A stretch of DNA of 64,000 bases from Candidatus Multivorans sp. (GCA_965224025.1 OZ245033.1:1120001-1184000), one strand, 5' to 3'. Shown: positions 10,046-21,504, counted from the stretch's first letter. A program made the numbers and translations. Notes: a model not told the origin generated them from the letters alone.

Positions 10046-10171
10046 GGCGAGATAAGAAAGCGGTCACGTCGTGAGAGCGCGAGGGGCGCGAAGGGCGCAA
10101 TAGCGTATACGCCGCCGCGGGTTGGCGCTACGCCGTCGGCGGGCCCGGCGCGGCGCCGGCGCTGGCCGGGT

Positions 10172-11203
10172 TCAGAACAGGGCGCCTCGAACCGGCAGGC
10201 CCAGGTGTTCGAACGCTCGCCTGGTGGCCACGCGGCCGCGGCGGGTGCGCTGCAGGAAACCCTCCTGGATCAGGTACGGCTCGTAGATGTCTTCGATCGT
10301 CCCTTCGTCCTCGCCGACCGACGCGGCCAGGGCCTTGATGCCTGCCGGCCCGCCGTCGTACTGCTCGATCAGCAGGCTCATGATCTTGCGGTCGATCTCG
10401 TCCAGGCCGTACTCGTCGACTTCCAGTTGAGCCAGGGCCCGCTTCGCGGTGGAGCGGTCGACGCGACCGTCCGCCTCGATTTGTGCATAGTCGCGTACCC
10501 GGCGCAGCAGCCGGTTGGCAACTCTCGGTGTGCCGCGGCTGCGCGTCGCGACCTCGTTGGCGCCGCCCTGGTCGATCGGCACCTCGAGCACCTCGGCTGA
10601 GCGCTGGACGATGACCCTGAGCACGTCCGGACTGTAGAAGTCCAGCCGATGGACGATCCCGAAGCGTGCCTGGAGCGGCGGCGTAATCAGACCGGCTCTG
10701 GTGGTGGCCCCGACCAACGTGAAGCGGGGCAGATCGATCCTCACCGTTCTCGCCATGGGCCCCTGACCTATGACCAGATCGAGCTGGAAGTCCTCAAGCG
10801 CCGGGTAGAGGATCTCCTCGACCGTCGGACCGAGGCGATGGATTTCATCGATGAAGAGGACGTCTCCCGGCTCCAGGTTGGTCAGAATCGCCGCCAGATC
10901 GCCGGCGCGCTCGAGAACAGGACCTGACGTTGCGCGCAGAGTCGAGTCCATCTCCCGAGCGATGATGTGAGCGAGCGTCGTCTTACCGAGTCCTGGTGGA
11001 CCGAACAGAAGAACGTGGTCCAGGGCCTCGCCACGGCCCTTTGCCGCCTCGATGTAGATCCGGAGAAGATCGACTATCTTCTCTTGTCCCAGGTACTCGC
11101 GCAGGCGCCGGGGCCGAAGCGTCGGCTCTACCCGCCGATCGTCCGCGTCTTGCGAGGCCGAGAGCACACTGTGTTCACTGTCGGCGTCGCCCATGCCGGC
11201 CAT
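10172..11203 (-). CDS. ruvB: Holliday junction branch-migration helicase RuvB
   Basis: [38 protein letters not shown] and EPYLIQ. Confidence 0.97.
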   Translation of the reverse strand: MAGMGDADSEHSVLSASQDADDRRVEPTLRPRRLREYLGQEKIVDLLRIYIEAAKGRGEALDHVLLFGPPGLGKTTLAHIIAREMDSTLRATSGPVLERAGDLAAILTNLEPGDVLFIDEIHRLGPTVEEILYPALEDFQLDLVIGQGPMARTVRIDLPRFTLVGATTRAGLITPPLQARFGIVHRLDFYSPDVLRVIVQRSAEVLEVPIDQGGANEVATRSRGTPRVANRLLRRVRDYAQIEADGRVDRSTAKRALAQLEVDEYGLDEIDRKIMSLLIEQYDGGPAGIKALAASVGEDEGTIEDIYEPYLIQEGFLQRTRRGRVATRRAFEHLGLPVRGALF

Positions 11204-11327
11204 GGGCGGATGCTATCGCGGCCAGTGGCAGTCAGTTCGCCCAGGGACCTGTGGGATCGCGGAGGCAGAAACAGGTCGGTGGCCCACCTCAAGGGTCGGC
11301 CGGTCGGCAGCGGCGTCCAGCCCGGTC

Positions 11328-11488
11328 GGGTCAGGAGGGGTCGGCTCCCAGGTGCCTCTGAACGAGCGACGCTCGACCACGTTGCCCTGACCGATGCCCA
11401 ACCGGAGCGAGTGAAGCGGAGTGAGCGCAACCCCCTCCCATCTCCTCTCAAGCGCTCACGTCACCTGGGAGCCGACCCCTCCTGACCC
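11328..11488. repeat. Perfect 27-bp inverted repeat pair (REPIN/MITE-like) between ruvA and ruvB
   Basis: gggtcaggaggggtcggctcccaggtg (11328-11354) and its exact reverse complement (11462-11488). Confidence 0.85.
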
Positions 11489-11524
11489 AAGACGGGCGAG
11501 TGAGTCCATGCGCGCTCCGCCTCC

Positions 11525-12142
11525 CTACAGTCGGGAAAGCAGGCGCAGGCTCCGGCGCAGGAGTTCCTGGAATTCGATATCGGGGTGCTCGCTGAGAACG
11601 CGGGAGACGGCACGCTGAGCTTCGTTCGAGCGGTAGCCGAGGTTGAGCAGGGCGCTGACTACCTGCTCCTGCTCGTCCTCCAACTGCTGCTCCGTTTGCG
11701 CGGTCGGCGGTTCGCGGCCGGACTCGGACAGCAGCCTCTTCGCTTTTTCCTTCAGCTCCAGGACCATTCGCTCGGCGGTCTTGCGGCCGATACCCGGGAT
11801 TCGGGTCAGAGCGGCGACATTGCCGCCGGCGATGGCCGTCAGCAGGTCGGTGGTCGAACCGCCGGAGAGAACGACCTGGGCCAGCCGGGGCCCGACGCCG
11901 CTGACGCCGAGGCAGTGCTCGAACAGGGTCCGCTCCGACTCGCTCCAGAAGCCGAAAAGTTCGATCGCGTCGGCGCGAACGTGGGTGTGGATGTGCAGGC
12001 CGAACTCGGCGTCGGCCTCGAGCCTGTCCAGTTCGTAGTAGGTCGAAAGCGGGATGCGCACCGAGTACCCGACGCCGCCCACGTCGAGCACCAGGAGTTC
12101 GGGCCCCAGGGCCTGACGACGCCCGCGCAGATAACCGATCAA
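11525..12142 (-). CDS. ruvA: Holliday junction DNA-binding protein RuvA
   Basis: (M)IGYLRG, DVGGVGY, LFGF, VSGVGP, IPGIGRKTAER and ALLNLGY; TTG start inferred. Confidence 0.93.
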   Translation of the reverse strand: MIGYLRGRRQALGPELLVLDVGGVGYSVRIPLSTYYELDRLEADAEFGLHIHTHVRADAIELFGFWSESERTLFEHCLGVSGVGPRLAQVVLSGGSTTDLLTAIAGGNVAALTRIPGIGRKTAERMVLELKEKAKRLLSESGREPPTAQTEQQLEDEQEQVVSALLNLGYRSNEAQRAVSRVLSEHPDIEFQELLRRSLRLLSRL

Positions 12143-12158
12143 GCGAGGTTCGCGGCGG

Positions 12159-14111
12159 TCAGGTTCCAGCCGCCGCGGTCTCGCCGAGACCGAAGTTCTC
12201 GATGAAGTCCTTCGTGTAGCTGACGCCAAGCTCTTCGCGCAGCCGCCCGAGCACGGACTGCAGCATGATCACGGTGCGTTCGGACAGGAGTTCGCTCCGC
12301 GTAGTCTCCGGGTCGAATTGGGCCGGGTCGAAGGACACCCGTTCGGTGACCTCGAACAGCACCCCGCCGAAGGGCGTGTCGACCGGGCCGCCGAACTGAC
12401 CCGCGGCGAGGGCGAAGATTGCCCGAGACAGGTCCGGCATGGCGCCCAGAGCGCCGATCGGCTGGCGCAGGCCGAAGCTGCCGCTCTCCTCGACCACTGC
12501 GTCGAACTCGTTCGCCGCATCGTCCAGGCTCAGCCCCACCTCCAGCCGCTGCTTCGTCTCGGTGAGTGCGGCGGTCAGCAGTTCGCCCTCCTTCTGCTGG
12601 CGCACAGCCTCCCGCACGCCGGTCTCGACCTCCGCGAACTCCGCGTCGCGGGGCGGCAGCGCCTCCAGCAGCGACAGCAGAGCCCACCCCGCCGCGATGC
12701 GAACCGGCTGCGACCAGGCGCCGGCTTCCAGGCCGAACGTTTCCGAGGAGAAGCTGAAGTTGCGGCCCACGCCGGGAACCGCATCATCCTCGCCGAACGG
12801 TTCGGTGACCTCGAAACCGAGGCCCTCGACGGCGGCCAGTTCCCGGGCTTCGGTTTCGCCCTCGAACGGCTGGTCTCCCAGTCTCTCGGCGAGGGCGTCT
12901 ATGCGGCGCCGGCCCTCCTCCTCCGCCTTGCTGGCGAGGAGCTGGACGCGGATCAGGTTGCTCACTTCCTCCAGCGTCTGCCGGCTGCCTTCGCGACGGT
13001 CGTGGACGAGGATCAGGTGATGGCCCGTGCGGGGTCCGAGCTGGTTCTCGATCGGGCCGACAAGGTCGCCGCTGCCGGCAGCGAAGGCCGCTTCCTCGAA
13101 GGGCCGTGTCATGGCGCCGCGGCCGAAGTAGCCGAGGTCGCCGCCGGACGCACTGGTCGCCTCGTCGTCCGAGTGCTCCGTGGCCAGTGCGGCGAAGTCC
13201 GCGCCGGCCTCGACGCGCCCGCGCAGATCGTTCAACTCGCTCCGCGCCTGCTCGCCGCCGCGACTCTCCGTCTCGAGCAGGAGTATGTGGCTGGCCCGCA
13301 CCTGTTCCGGTATCTCGAACTGCGCGGCGTTGTCGTCGTAGTGCTGCTGGACCTCTTCGTCGGTCACTTCGAGTTCCGCGCGGACCGTGTTCGTGTTGAC
13401 CAGGAGATAGCCGACCCGTCTGCGCTCGGGCAGCCGGAAGTCGTCCCGGTTCGCCTCGAAGAAGGCGGCGGTCTCGTCGCCCGAGGGCTCGGCCCCGGCG
13501 GCGTAGCGGCTGGCCGGTATGTGGATGTAGCGGATGGCCGCCCGCTCGGCGGCGTCGCGGGCGCGCTGTTCGACCTCGGCCTCGGAAACGTGGGCAACCT
13601 CGCTCAGCGCCGCCCGCAGCTTGGTCACCAGCAGGGAGGTGCGCAGCCCGGCCTCGAACTCATCCGGCGTGTACCGGTTCGCGCGCAGGAGATCCTGGTA
13701 CCGCCGCGCGCCGATGAAGTTCCCGGCGGCATCGGTCAGACCGGGTATGGAGAGGATCTTCTCCTGCAGCTCCTCGTTGCTGACGGTCAGTCCCATCCGC
13801 TCGGCCTCCCGGGTGAGGAGGCGGTCGTTGATCAGAGCTTCGAGCGCCTGCACGGGCAGTTGCAGTTGATCGGCGAGATCCGCGGTGAAGGCGTCGCCGT
13901 AGATCTCCCGGTAGCGGCTTTCGGCGTTGCGGTAGCTGCGCTCGAACTCGGCGAAGGTGATGTCCTCCCGGCCCACCTTGGCGGCTACCGTGTTGATCTG
14001 CGTGCCGTCGAGCGATTGGAAGTCGGTGAAGACCAGGAGCACGAACACACCCGCGAGCCCGATCGCCAGCGGATAGAAGCTCTTGATGTTCTTGCGGATG
14101 ACGTTGAGCAT
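12159..14111 (-). CDS. PpiD/SurA-like membrane-anchored parvulin peptidyl-prolyl isomerase chaperone
   Basis: N-terminal TM anchor, SurA_N-like region and rotamase motifs (RASHIL, FAALATEHS, GGDLGYF, FEEAAF). True start taken as MLNVIRK at 14111. Confidence 0.88.
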   Translation of the reverse strand: MLNVIRKNIKSFYPLAIGLAGVFVLLVFTDFQSLDGTQINTVAAKVGREDITFAEFERSYRNAESRYREIYGDAFTADLADQLQLPVQALEALINDRLLTREAERMGLTVSNEELQEKILSIPGLTDAAGNFIGARRYQDLLRANRYTPDEFEAGLRTSLLVTKLRAALSEVAHVSEAEVEQRARDAAERAAIRYIHIPASRYAAGAEPSGDETAAFFEANRDDFRLPERRRVGYLLVNTNTVRAELEVTDEEVQQHYDDNAAQFEIPEQVRASHILLLETESRGGEQARSELNDLRGRVEAGADFAALATEHSDDEATSASGGDLGYFGRGAMTRPFEEAAFAAGSGDLVGPIENQLGPRTGHHLILVHDRREGSRQTLEEVSNLIRVQLLASKAEEEGRRRIDALAERLGDQPFEGETEARELAAVEGLGFEVTEPFGEDDAVPGVGRNFSFSSETFGLEAGAWSQPVRIAAGWALLSLLEALPPRDAEFAEVETGVREAVRQQKEGELLTAALTETKQRLEVGLSLDDAANEFDAVVEESGSFGLRQPIGALGAMPDLSRAIFALAAGQFGGPVDTPFGGVLFEVTERVSFDPAQFDPETTRSELLSERTVIMLQSVLGRLREELGVSYTKDFIENFGLGETAAAGT

Positions 14112-14580
14112 GGGGGTGGCTCCGTGCCGGAGGCTCGGCGGCCAGTTTCGGAGTCCGGAAGCGCGGGTCAGAAGACCCGCGTCACCGCGGCGCCCTGCCG
14201 GATGCCCCGAAGGCGCGGGCGATCGTATCAGGATCGGCACGCTTCGTGGCGGTTCGGCGGCGCGGTCGTCAAGCCCCTGCCGGTCCCGCGCCGCGAGTCG
14301 GCCGTTGAGGCGAAACCCGTTCAGATACAGGAGCTTCCAATGGTCGAGGCGACTGCCTGTGGTATCTTTTCGGGGCGTTTCGCGGGTGCCGTTCGCCCGC
14401 GTCCGACGGTAGGAATCCGACTTGCCGATGACGAGTCCGCCTGTGACGACGACGACCCGAAGCCTGGCAGCCGGCGTCGCGGCCCGCGCCGCATTCGCGG
14501 CCCGCGCCTCCTCGCCTGGCGGCGGCTCGGAGTTCGGGCTCACACGACCCCGGCCGGTCCCGACCTAGAGGTTCGGTCCA

Positions 14581-15597
<1,017 letters not shown>

Positions 15598-15640
15598 AGC
15601 TGAACACCTCGCAGGTTCCTGACCGGAGAGAACATCCATC

Positions 15641-16477
15641 ATGAGCGAGCGTCGGGCTGCGGTGCTGTTCGCCGTCTTCTTGGCTGTCCTCCTTGCGCTC
15701 CTGACGCTTCAGGCGCCGCAGCGGGCGGGCGACATCGCGCTGTGGGTGGAAGGACCGATCAAGCGGTTTGTCGCCTCTGTTGCCGGCGCCGTCGACGCGT
15801 ACCGGGAGAGGCGGTCGACGATGACCGCGCTGGAGCGCGAGAACGAGGAGCTGCGGAATCGGCTGCGCGAGGTCGAGTCCGCCTATGCGGCCGCTGCGGG
15901 CGTACGCCTGGAGGCCGACCTGGTCGCGGAGCCGTTGCTCTACGAGCCATCGCCGGATACGGATCTGCTGAGGGTGGACATCGTCTATGTGGATCACCGC
16001 TCGTGGCGGCGAACGGCCATCCTGCACCTGCCTGGCGGCAGAGACCGGGACGACTGGGCGCGGAGGCCGGTGACCACCACTGACGGTCTGTTGGGCCGCG
16101 TCCTCTCAGTCAGCGGCAAGTATGCGCGGGTGCTCCTGGTCACCGACCGGGCGTCGTCCGTGGGCGCGATGATCGAGCGTACCCGCCGTCAAGGCATCGT
16201 CCGCGGCGCCGACGCCGGCGCCCTCGCGCTCATGTTCATGCCGCTGCAGGTCGACGCGCGGCCGGGCGATCGTGTGATCACAGCCGGCATCGACGGCGTG
16301 TTTCCCCGCGGTATCCCGATCGGCACGATCACGTCGGTGCAGTCGGACGGTGATCTGTTCCACGACATCCGGGTCGTCCCGAGTGTCGATCTGGCTTCGC
16401 TCGGCCATGCCTTCGTGTGGCGCCGTGAAGCGGTTCCCGAGGCGTTCATGGACGGCGGGGATGGTATCGGCCGCTAG
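15641..16477 (+). CDS. mreC: Rod shape-determining protein MreC
   Basis: TM helix, coiled coil, GLLGRV and TAGIDGVFPRGIPIG; follows mreB. Confidence 0.92.
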   Translation: MSERRAAVLFAVFLAVLLALLTLQAPQRAGDIALWVEGPIKRFVASVAGAVDAYRERRSTMTALERENEELRNRLREVESAYAAAAGVRLEADLVAEPLLYEPSPDTDLLRVDIVYVDHRSWRRTAILHLPGGRDRDDWARRPVTTTDGLLGRVLSVSGKYARVLLVTDRASSVGAMIERTRRQGIVRGADAGALALMFMPLQVDARPGDRVITAGIDGVFPRGIPIGTITSVQSDGDLFHDIRVVPSVDLASLGHAFVWRREAVPEAFMDGGDGIGR

Positions 16478-16988
16478 GTTTGCCAGCGTCCTGGCGGCCG
16501 TGGTCGTGGTCGAACTGCTTCTGGGCGGGTTCCTCCCGGCAGTTGCCGATCTCGTCGATCTCATCGTGCTCCTGGTCGTCTTGAACAGCCTGAGGGGCGA
16601 CTCGTTTCGCGGTCTCGCCGGCGGTCTGGTCGCGGGTCTGGTCCAGGACATGTTCACCTCCTCGATCTACGGCCTGCACAGTCTGGCGTGCTGCGTGGTC
16701 GGATACGGCGGGGCGCGTGTGTCGCAGCGGATCCTCACCAGCCAGCGCGTGGTTTCGGGGCTGCTGATCGCGGCCGGGGTGCTGGTTCACCAGGCGATCG
16801 TGATCGGCCTGCTCGCGACACTCGATATTGCCCAGTTCAATCCCGGGATGGTCGCGGTGCTGTTGCGTGCTCTCGTGACCACGGCGATCGGCCTGGTCGC
16901 TCTCTGGGTGGCCGGCCAGGTCCGAGGGTGGATGGAGAAGCGGACGAAGCGGCGTACACTGGAACCGGGACGAGCCCGATTGCGCTAA
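16461..16988 (+). CDS. mreD: Rod shape-determining protein MreD
   Basis: Hydrophobic multi-TM protein with GLVQD...G motif, between mreC and mrdA. Confidence 0.85.
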   Translation: MVSAARFASVLAAVVVVELLLGGFLPAVADLVDLIVLLVVLNSLRGDSFRGLAGGLVAGLVQDMFTSSIYGLHSLACCVVGYGGARVSQRILTSQRVVSGLLIAAGVLVHQAIVIGLLATLDIAQFNPGMVAVLLRALVTTAIGLVALWVAGQVRGWMEKRTKRRTLEPGRARLR

Positions 16989-17005
16989 ACGAAGGTCTTC
17001 GGTAG

Positions 17006-18805
17006 GTGAACCTGGAAACTCCTGGCCACGAGCACAGCGCGGACCGCGTGCTGCTCATCATGGCGACCCGCCTGAAGTGGCTCGCCGCATCGCTTGCGGT
17101 GGGGTTCTTCGTCGTTCTGAGTTCGTATTGGTACTTCCAGATCGTTCGCTCGGAGCACTACTTGCGGTTGGCCGAGAACAACCGGCTGCGGGTCGTCCGC
17201 CTGGAGGCGCCGCGAGGCCTGATCTACGATCGTTCCGGGCGGCTCCTGGTCGAGAATGCGCCCACTTTCCGTCTCTTGATCGACCGCAGCCTGAGCGCCG
17301 ATCTGGACGCCAGCATGACGTTTGCGGCGAAAATCGTGGAACGGGACCAGGAAGAACTGAGGGCTTCGCTCAAGCGCTACCGGGGCGTGGCCCGGGATGT
17401 CCCGGTGCTCCTTGCCGGGGACTTGCAGTTGAGCCAGGTCGCCCGGTTCGAGGTTGCGATTCCGGAGCACCCGGAGTTCGAGATCGCCGCTTCGCGTCGC
17501 CGCCTCTACCGGTACGGCGACCAGACCGCGCATCTTCTGGGGTACCTCAGCGAGCCAACGGCAGCCGAGCAGGATCGGGACCGGACACTGGTTGCCGCCG
17601 ACATGATCGGCCGCAGAGGCGTCGAGCAGTTGCGGGACCGCACGTTGCGCGGGACCGCCGGTGAGCGGACGGTGGTCGTCGACAGCCGCGGCCGCCTTGC
17701 GTCGAGCGAGGATGTCGAACGAACCGACGCCGTGCCGGGAGAGTCCGTCACCCTGACCATCGACCTCAGGTTGCAGCAGGAAGCGCAGAAGCTGCTCGAG
17801 GGCAAGGTCGGAGCGATCGTTGCTCTCGATCCGCGGGACGGTGCGGTTCGGGCGATGGTCTCCTCGCCGTCCTTCGATCCGAATGGCTTTGCCGGCCGTC
17901 TCAACCAGGAGGACTGGGAGCGGATCGTCGGCGCGCCCAACAAACCGCTTCAGAACCGGGCCATCCACAACACCTACCCACCGGGTTCGGTGTTCAAGAT
18001 CGCGATTGCGGTGGCGGCGCTGGCGGATGGACTGATCGATCCGGAGGAACGGATTTACTGCGGCGGCGTCGCCCGGTTGTACAACCGCCGTTGGCGTTGC
18101 TGGCAGTCGAGAGGTCACGGCCGTCTCAACCTCCGGGGCGCCCTCCAGCACTCCTGCGACATCTACTTCTACCGGCAGGGCAGGAAGATCGGGATCGAGA
18201 CGATTGCTCGCTACGCCCGCGTTCTGGGCCTCGGCGAGCGGACCGGCATCGAGTTTCCCGGCGAGCGCGAGGGACTGGTGCCTGATCCGGAGTGGAGTCT
18301 GACGAGCCGGGGGCTGCCCTGGTACCCGGGTGAAACGATCTCGGTTGCGATCGGTCAGGGACCGGTACTGACTTCGCCGCTTCAGATTGCCGCGATGACC
18401 GCGGCGGTGGCCAACGGAGGATCGCGGGTGTGGCCCTACGTGGTGGAGGGTGGAGCACAGCCGCGGGCGCCGATCGAAGTGGATGCCGAGGTGATCGCCT
18501 TTGTCAGGGAGGCATTGGCGAACGTGGTCGCGAATGGGACCGGACGCAGAGCCAAGAGCCCGATGGTGTCGATCGCGGGCAAGACCGGCACCGCCCAGGT
18601 CATCGCTCAGGCGACGTGGACCCGGTCCGAGGATCTCCCCTTCGAGCACGGGGACCACGCCTGGTTCACCTCCTATGCGCCGGTCGAGACGCCGGAGCTG
18701 GTCGTCGTCGTGTTCGTCGAGCACGGAGGACGGGGCGCCGAAGCCGCGGCGCCTCTGGCGAGGCGGATGCACGAGACGTACTTTGGTTCTCCCGTCCAGA
18801 CTTGA
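17006..18805 (+). CDS. mrdA: Penicillin-binding protein 2
   Basis: APRGLIYDR, YPPGSVFK (SxxK), SCD, IGQG and KTGTAQ. Confidence 0.95.
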   Translation: MNLETPGHEHSADRVLLIMATRLKWLAASLAVGFFVVLSSYWYFQIVRSEHYLRLAENNRLRVVRLEAPRGLIYDRSGRLLVENAPTFRLLIDRSLSADLDASMTFAAKIVERDQEELRASLKRYRGVARDVPVLLAGDLQLSQVARFEVAIPEHPEFEIAASRRRLYRYGDQTAHLLGYLSEPTAAEQDRDRTLVAADMIGRRGVEQLRDRTLRGTAGERTVVVDSRGRLASSEDVERTDAVPGESVTLTIDLRLQQEAQKLLEGKVGAIVALDPRDGAVRAMVSSPSFDPNGFAGRLNQEDWERIVGAPNKPLQNRAIHNTYPPGSVFKIAIAVAALADGLIDPEERIYCGGVARLYNRRWRCWQSRGHGRLNLRGALQHSCDIYFYRQGRKIGIETIARYARVLGLGERTGIEFPGEREGLVPDPEWSLTSRGLPWYPGETISVAIGQGPVLTSPLQIAAMTAAVANGGSRVWPYVVEGGAQPRAPIEVDAEVIAFVREALANVVANGTGRRAKSPMVSIAGKTGTAQVIAQATWTRSEDLPFEHGDHAWFTSYAPVETPELVVVVFVEHGGRGAEAAAPLARRMHETYFGSPVQT

Positions 18806-19901
18806 TCTGCGGACTCTGGCGCGCCAGGTCCGTTCCATCTCATGGCAAATCTTCGGCTCAGCGTTCGCTCTGTCCGTGATCGGCCTGCTCCTGATCTCGA
18901 GCGCTTCGTCTGAACTGTCGGCCAACTACGTATCCCGCCAGTCGGTGTGGATCGTCGCGGGCGTGCTGGTCCTGGTCACCGCGGCCTGGGTCGACTACTC
19001 CCTGCTGCTTCGGCACGCCTTCTGGATTTACCTGGTGGCGGTGGCGGCGTTGGCCGCGGTCACGTTCTACGGCCACGAGGCCGGCGGCGCCCGCAGTTGG
19101 ATCGGCATCGGCGGTTTTGGGGGCCAGCCGTCGGACTTCTGCAAGATCGCGACCGTTCTGTTGCTGGCCCGGCGTCTGGCCCTTTCCCAGTCACCGGTTC
19201 CCCCGCGCGGCGGGCTGTGGGCAACGGCGGCGATCGTCGCGGTTCCCGTGCTGCTCATCGCGAGGCAGCCGGACATGGGCGGCGCCCTGATGTTCGTGCC
19301 CGTGCTCGCCGCCATGTTGGCCACCACCGGAGTCAGCGTTCGGTCTGCGCTCGCCGCGGCCGCCGTGGCTTTGGCCCTGGCGGGCGCCCTGTGGGTCTTC
19401 GCGCTGCAGGACTACCAGAAGGAACGGGTCCTGAGCTACTTCCGGCCCCAGGCGGATCCCCTGGGGTCGGGATACCAGGTCCGTCAGAGCAGGATCGCGG
19501 TCGGTTCGGGCCAGGCTCTGGGCAAGGGCTACGGCGAGGGGACGCAGTCCAACCTGCGCTTCCTGCCGACGCCTCACACCGACTTCGTGTTCGCGGTGCT
19601 TGCCGAGGAGTATGGATTCGCCGGGGTCGCCCTCGTCATGGCCCTGTTCCTCCTCTACCTGGGGAACGGCGTCCGCATCGCACTGGCGGCGCGGGATCCG
19701 GCGGGTCTGCTGCTGGCGGTCGGGCTCTTGGCCTTCATCACCGGCCACGTTCTCTACAATACGGCGATGGTGGTCGGCCTGTTGCCGATCACCGGCATTC
19801 CAGTGCCGTTCCTGAGCTACGGCGGTTCCTTCATGCTCTTCTGCTGCGCGGCCACCGGCCTGTTGATCGGCCTCGACCTGCGGCGTTTCGTCAACGTCTG
19901 A
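18783..19901 (+). CDS. rodA: SEDS glycosyltransferase RodA
   Basis: GARSWI, QPSDFCK, QPDMG, GYQ...IAVGSG, HTDF and PFLSYGGS; start approximate. Confidence 0.93.
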   Translation: MVLPSRLDLRTLARQVRSISWQIFGSAFALSVIGLLLISSASSELSANYVSRQSVWIVAGVLVLVTAAWVDYSLLLRHAFWIYLVAVAALAAVTFYGHEAGGARSWIGIGGFGGQPSDFCKIATVLLLARRLALSQSPVPPRGGLWATAAIVAVPVLLIARQPDMGGALMFVPVLAAMLATTGVSVRSALAAAAVALALAGALWVFALQDYQKERVLSYFRPQADPLGSGYQVRQSRIAVGSGQALGKGYGEGTQSNLRFLPTPHTDFVFAVLAEEYGFAGVALVMALFLLYLGNGVRIALAARDPAGLLLAVGLLAFITGHVLYNTAMVVGLLPITGIPVPFLSYGGSFMLFCCAATGLLIGLDLRRFVNV

Positions 19902-19941
19902 TCAGCCTGCCCGCGCAGTCACAACAGGTCGCCCACGTCGC

Positions 19942-21504
19942 ATGAACAGAGAGCTTGCATGGAACAAGTTTCCTTTGCGTCAGCGCGGCGCGGACGCCGC
20001 GACTCGACTCCTGGTGGAGAGCGACGCGCTCCAGACTCGGGTAGCTCTAGTCGAGTCCGGCCGGTTGGTGGAGCTCTTCATCGAGCGCCGAGGGCGCCGG
20101 GGCCTGGTCGGCAACCTCTACAAGGGCCGGGTGCGCCGGGTGCTCCCCGGCATGAGAGCCGCCTTCGTCGATCTCGGACTGGAGCGGGACGGCTACCTCT
20201 GGGTCGAAGACGTGGTCGATGCCGGGCCAGGAGAGCGAGGCCCTGAGCGAAGCTCCGGCCGCGCGGCGGGCCGGGAGGCGTTGCCGCCGATCGACGGCAT
20301 GCTGCGCCGGGGCCAGGATCTGATCGTCCAGGTCACCAAGGACGGGCTCGCGGGGAAGGGAGCGCGCATCACCACCCAGATCACGCTTCCCGGCCGCTAC
20401 CTGGTGTTGACGCCGACCGGCGACCGGGTGGCCATCTCGAGGCGCATCGAGGACGCGGACGAACGGGATCGGCTGAAGGGACTGGTCCCGGCTGGTTGCG
20501 ACGACTCCGCCGCCCTGCCGGGCTGCATCGTGCGTACCGCCGCTGCGGGCGTGGGAGAAGAGCAGATCCAGGCGGAGTACGAGACGCTTGCGGCGACCTG
20601 GCGGCGGATCGAGGAGCGGACGGCGGCCGCGGCCGCGCCGGCTCTGCTCCACCGCGAGGACGAGCTGGATGTACGTGTGATCCGGGACCTTTTCTCCGCC
20701 GATTTCGGCTCTCTGCTCGTGGACGGCGCCGACGCCTACCGGCGGATCGGGGAGTACCTTGGGCGGGTGCAGCCGGAGCTCCTCGAACGGGTCGAGCGGA
20801 CCCGGAGAGGTCTGTTCCAGCGCTACCGGATCGACGACGCGATCGAAGCTGCGCTACGTGACCGCGTGCCGCTTCCGTCGGGTGGCTGCCTGGTGATCAA
20901 CCAGACCGAGGCTCTGGTCGCGATCGACGTCAATACCGGCCGCGACGTCGGCGCCGCGGACTTTGAAGAGACGGTTCTCCAGACCAACCTGGAGGCGGCC
21001 GCGGAGGCGGTACGCCAGATCCGGCTGCGCGATCTGTCCGGCATCCTGATCATCGATCTGATCGACATGGAGCGCGAGGATCATCGCGAGCAGGTGTTCG
21101 CCCGCTTGGAGGCGGAGCTCCAGAAGGACCGCGCCAGACACAGAGTGCTCGAGATCTCGGAATTCGGCCTGGTCCAACTGACCCGCCGGCGCAGCCACGC
21201 GAACCTGGAGAAGCTGCTCACCCGGGACTGCCCCTACTGTCAGGGGGCGGGCCGCATCAAGTCGGTTGCGACGATCTGTCTGGAGCTGCGACGAACCTGT
21301 CTGGCCCGGGCCGGGAGCGGCGCCCGTCAGTTGGCGGTGCGGGTCCACCCTGAGGTCCTGGACGGCCTGCGTGGCGCCGAGTCGGCGGTGCTGGACGGCC
21401 TGCAGGGGGCGTTCGAAGCACCGGTCCTGGTTCAGGGGGCCCCGGAGTTGCATCGCGAGCACTTCGTCGTCGCTGAAGTAGCTGAAGCAGGGGAGAGGAT
21501 CTGA
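19942..21504 (+). CDS. rng: Ribonuclease G (Rne/Rng family) carrying an 18-aa N-terminal insertion
   Basis: GNLYKGRV, AAFVDLG, QVTKD...KGAR, IDVNTG, LRDLSGILIID and CPYC motifs. Confidence 0.93.
   Translation: MNRELAWNKFPLRQRGADAATRLLVESDALQTRVALVESGRLVELFIERRGRRGLVGNLYKGRVRRVLPGMRAAFVDLGLERDGYLWVEDVVDAGPGERGPERSSGRAAGREALPPIDGMLRRGQDLIVQVTKDGLAGKGARITTQITLPGRYLVLTPTGDRVAISRRIEDADERDRLKGLVPAGCDDSAALPGCIVRTAAAGVGEEQIQAEYETLAATWRRIEERTAAAAAPALLHREDELDVRVIRDLFSADFGSLLVDGADAYRRIGEYLGRVQPELLERVERTRRGLFQRYRIDDAIEAALRDRVPLPSGGCLVINQTEALVAIDVNTGRDVGAADFEETVLQTNLEAAAEAVRQIRLRDLSGILIIDLIDMEREDHREQVFARLEAELQKDRARHRVLEISEFGLVQLTRRRSHANLEKLLTRDCPYCQGAGRIKSVATICLELRRTCLARAGSGARQLAVRVHPEVLDGLRGAESAVLDGLQGAFEAPVLVQGAPELHREHFVVAEVAEAGERI
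19956..20009 (-). mobile_element. 54-bp IS110-related mini element inserted in frame in rng
   Basis: Minus strand reads ccagg-AG-tcgagtcgcggcgtccgcgccgcgctgacgcaaaggaaacttgttccatgca-AG-ctctct. Removing it restores MNRELLVESD. Confidence 0.82.

Noticed and set aside
10046-10171. thrL-type leader peptide or attenuator upstream of thrA
   Set aside because: No Thr/Ile-rich short ORF or U-tailed terminator is visible.
14112-14543. 144-aa N-terminal extension of the PpiD-like ORF
   Set aside because: Covers the divergent promoter region and a REP-like repeat; the family-typical start is MLNVIRK at 14111.
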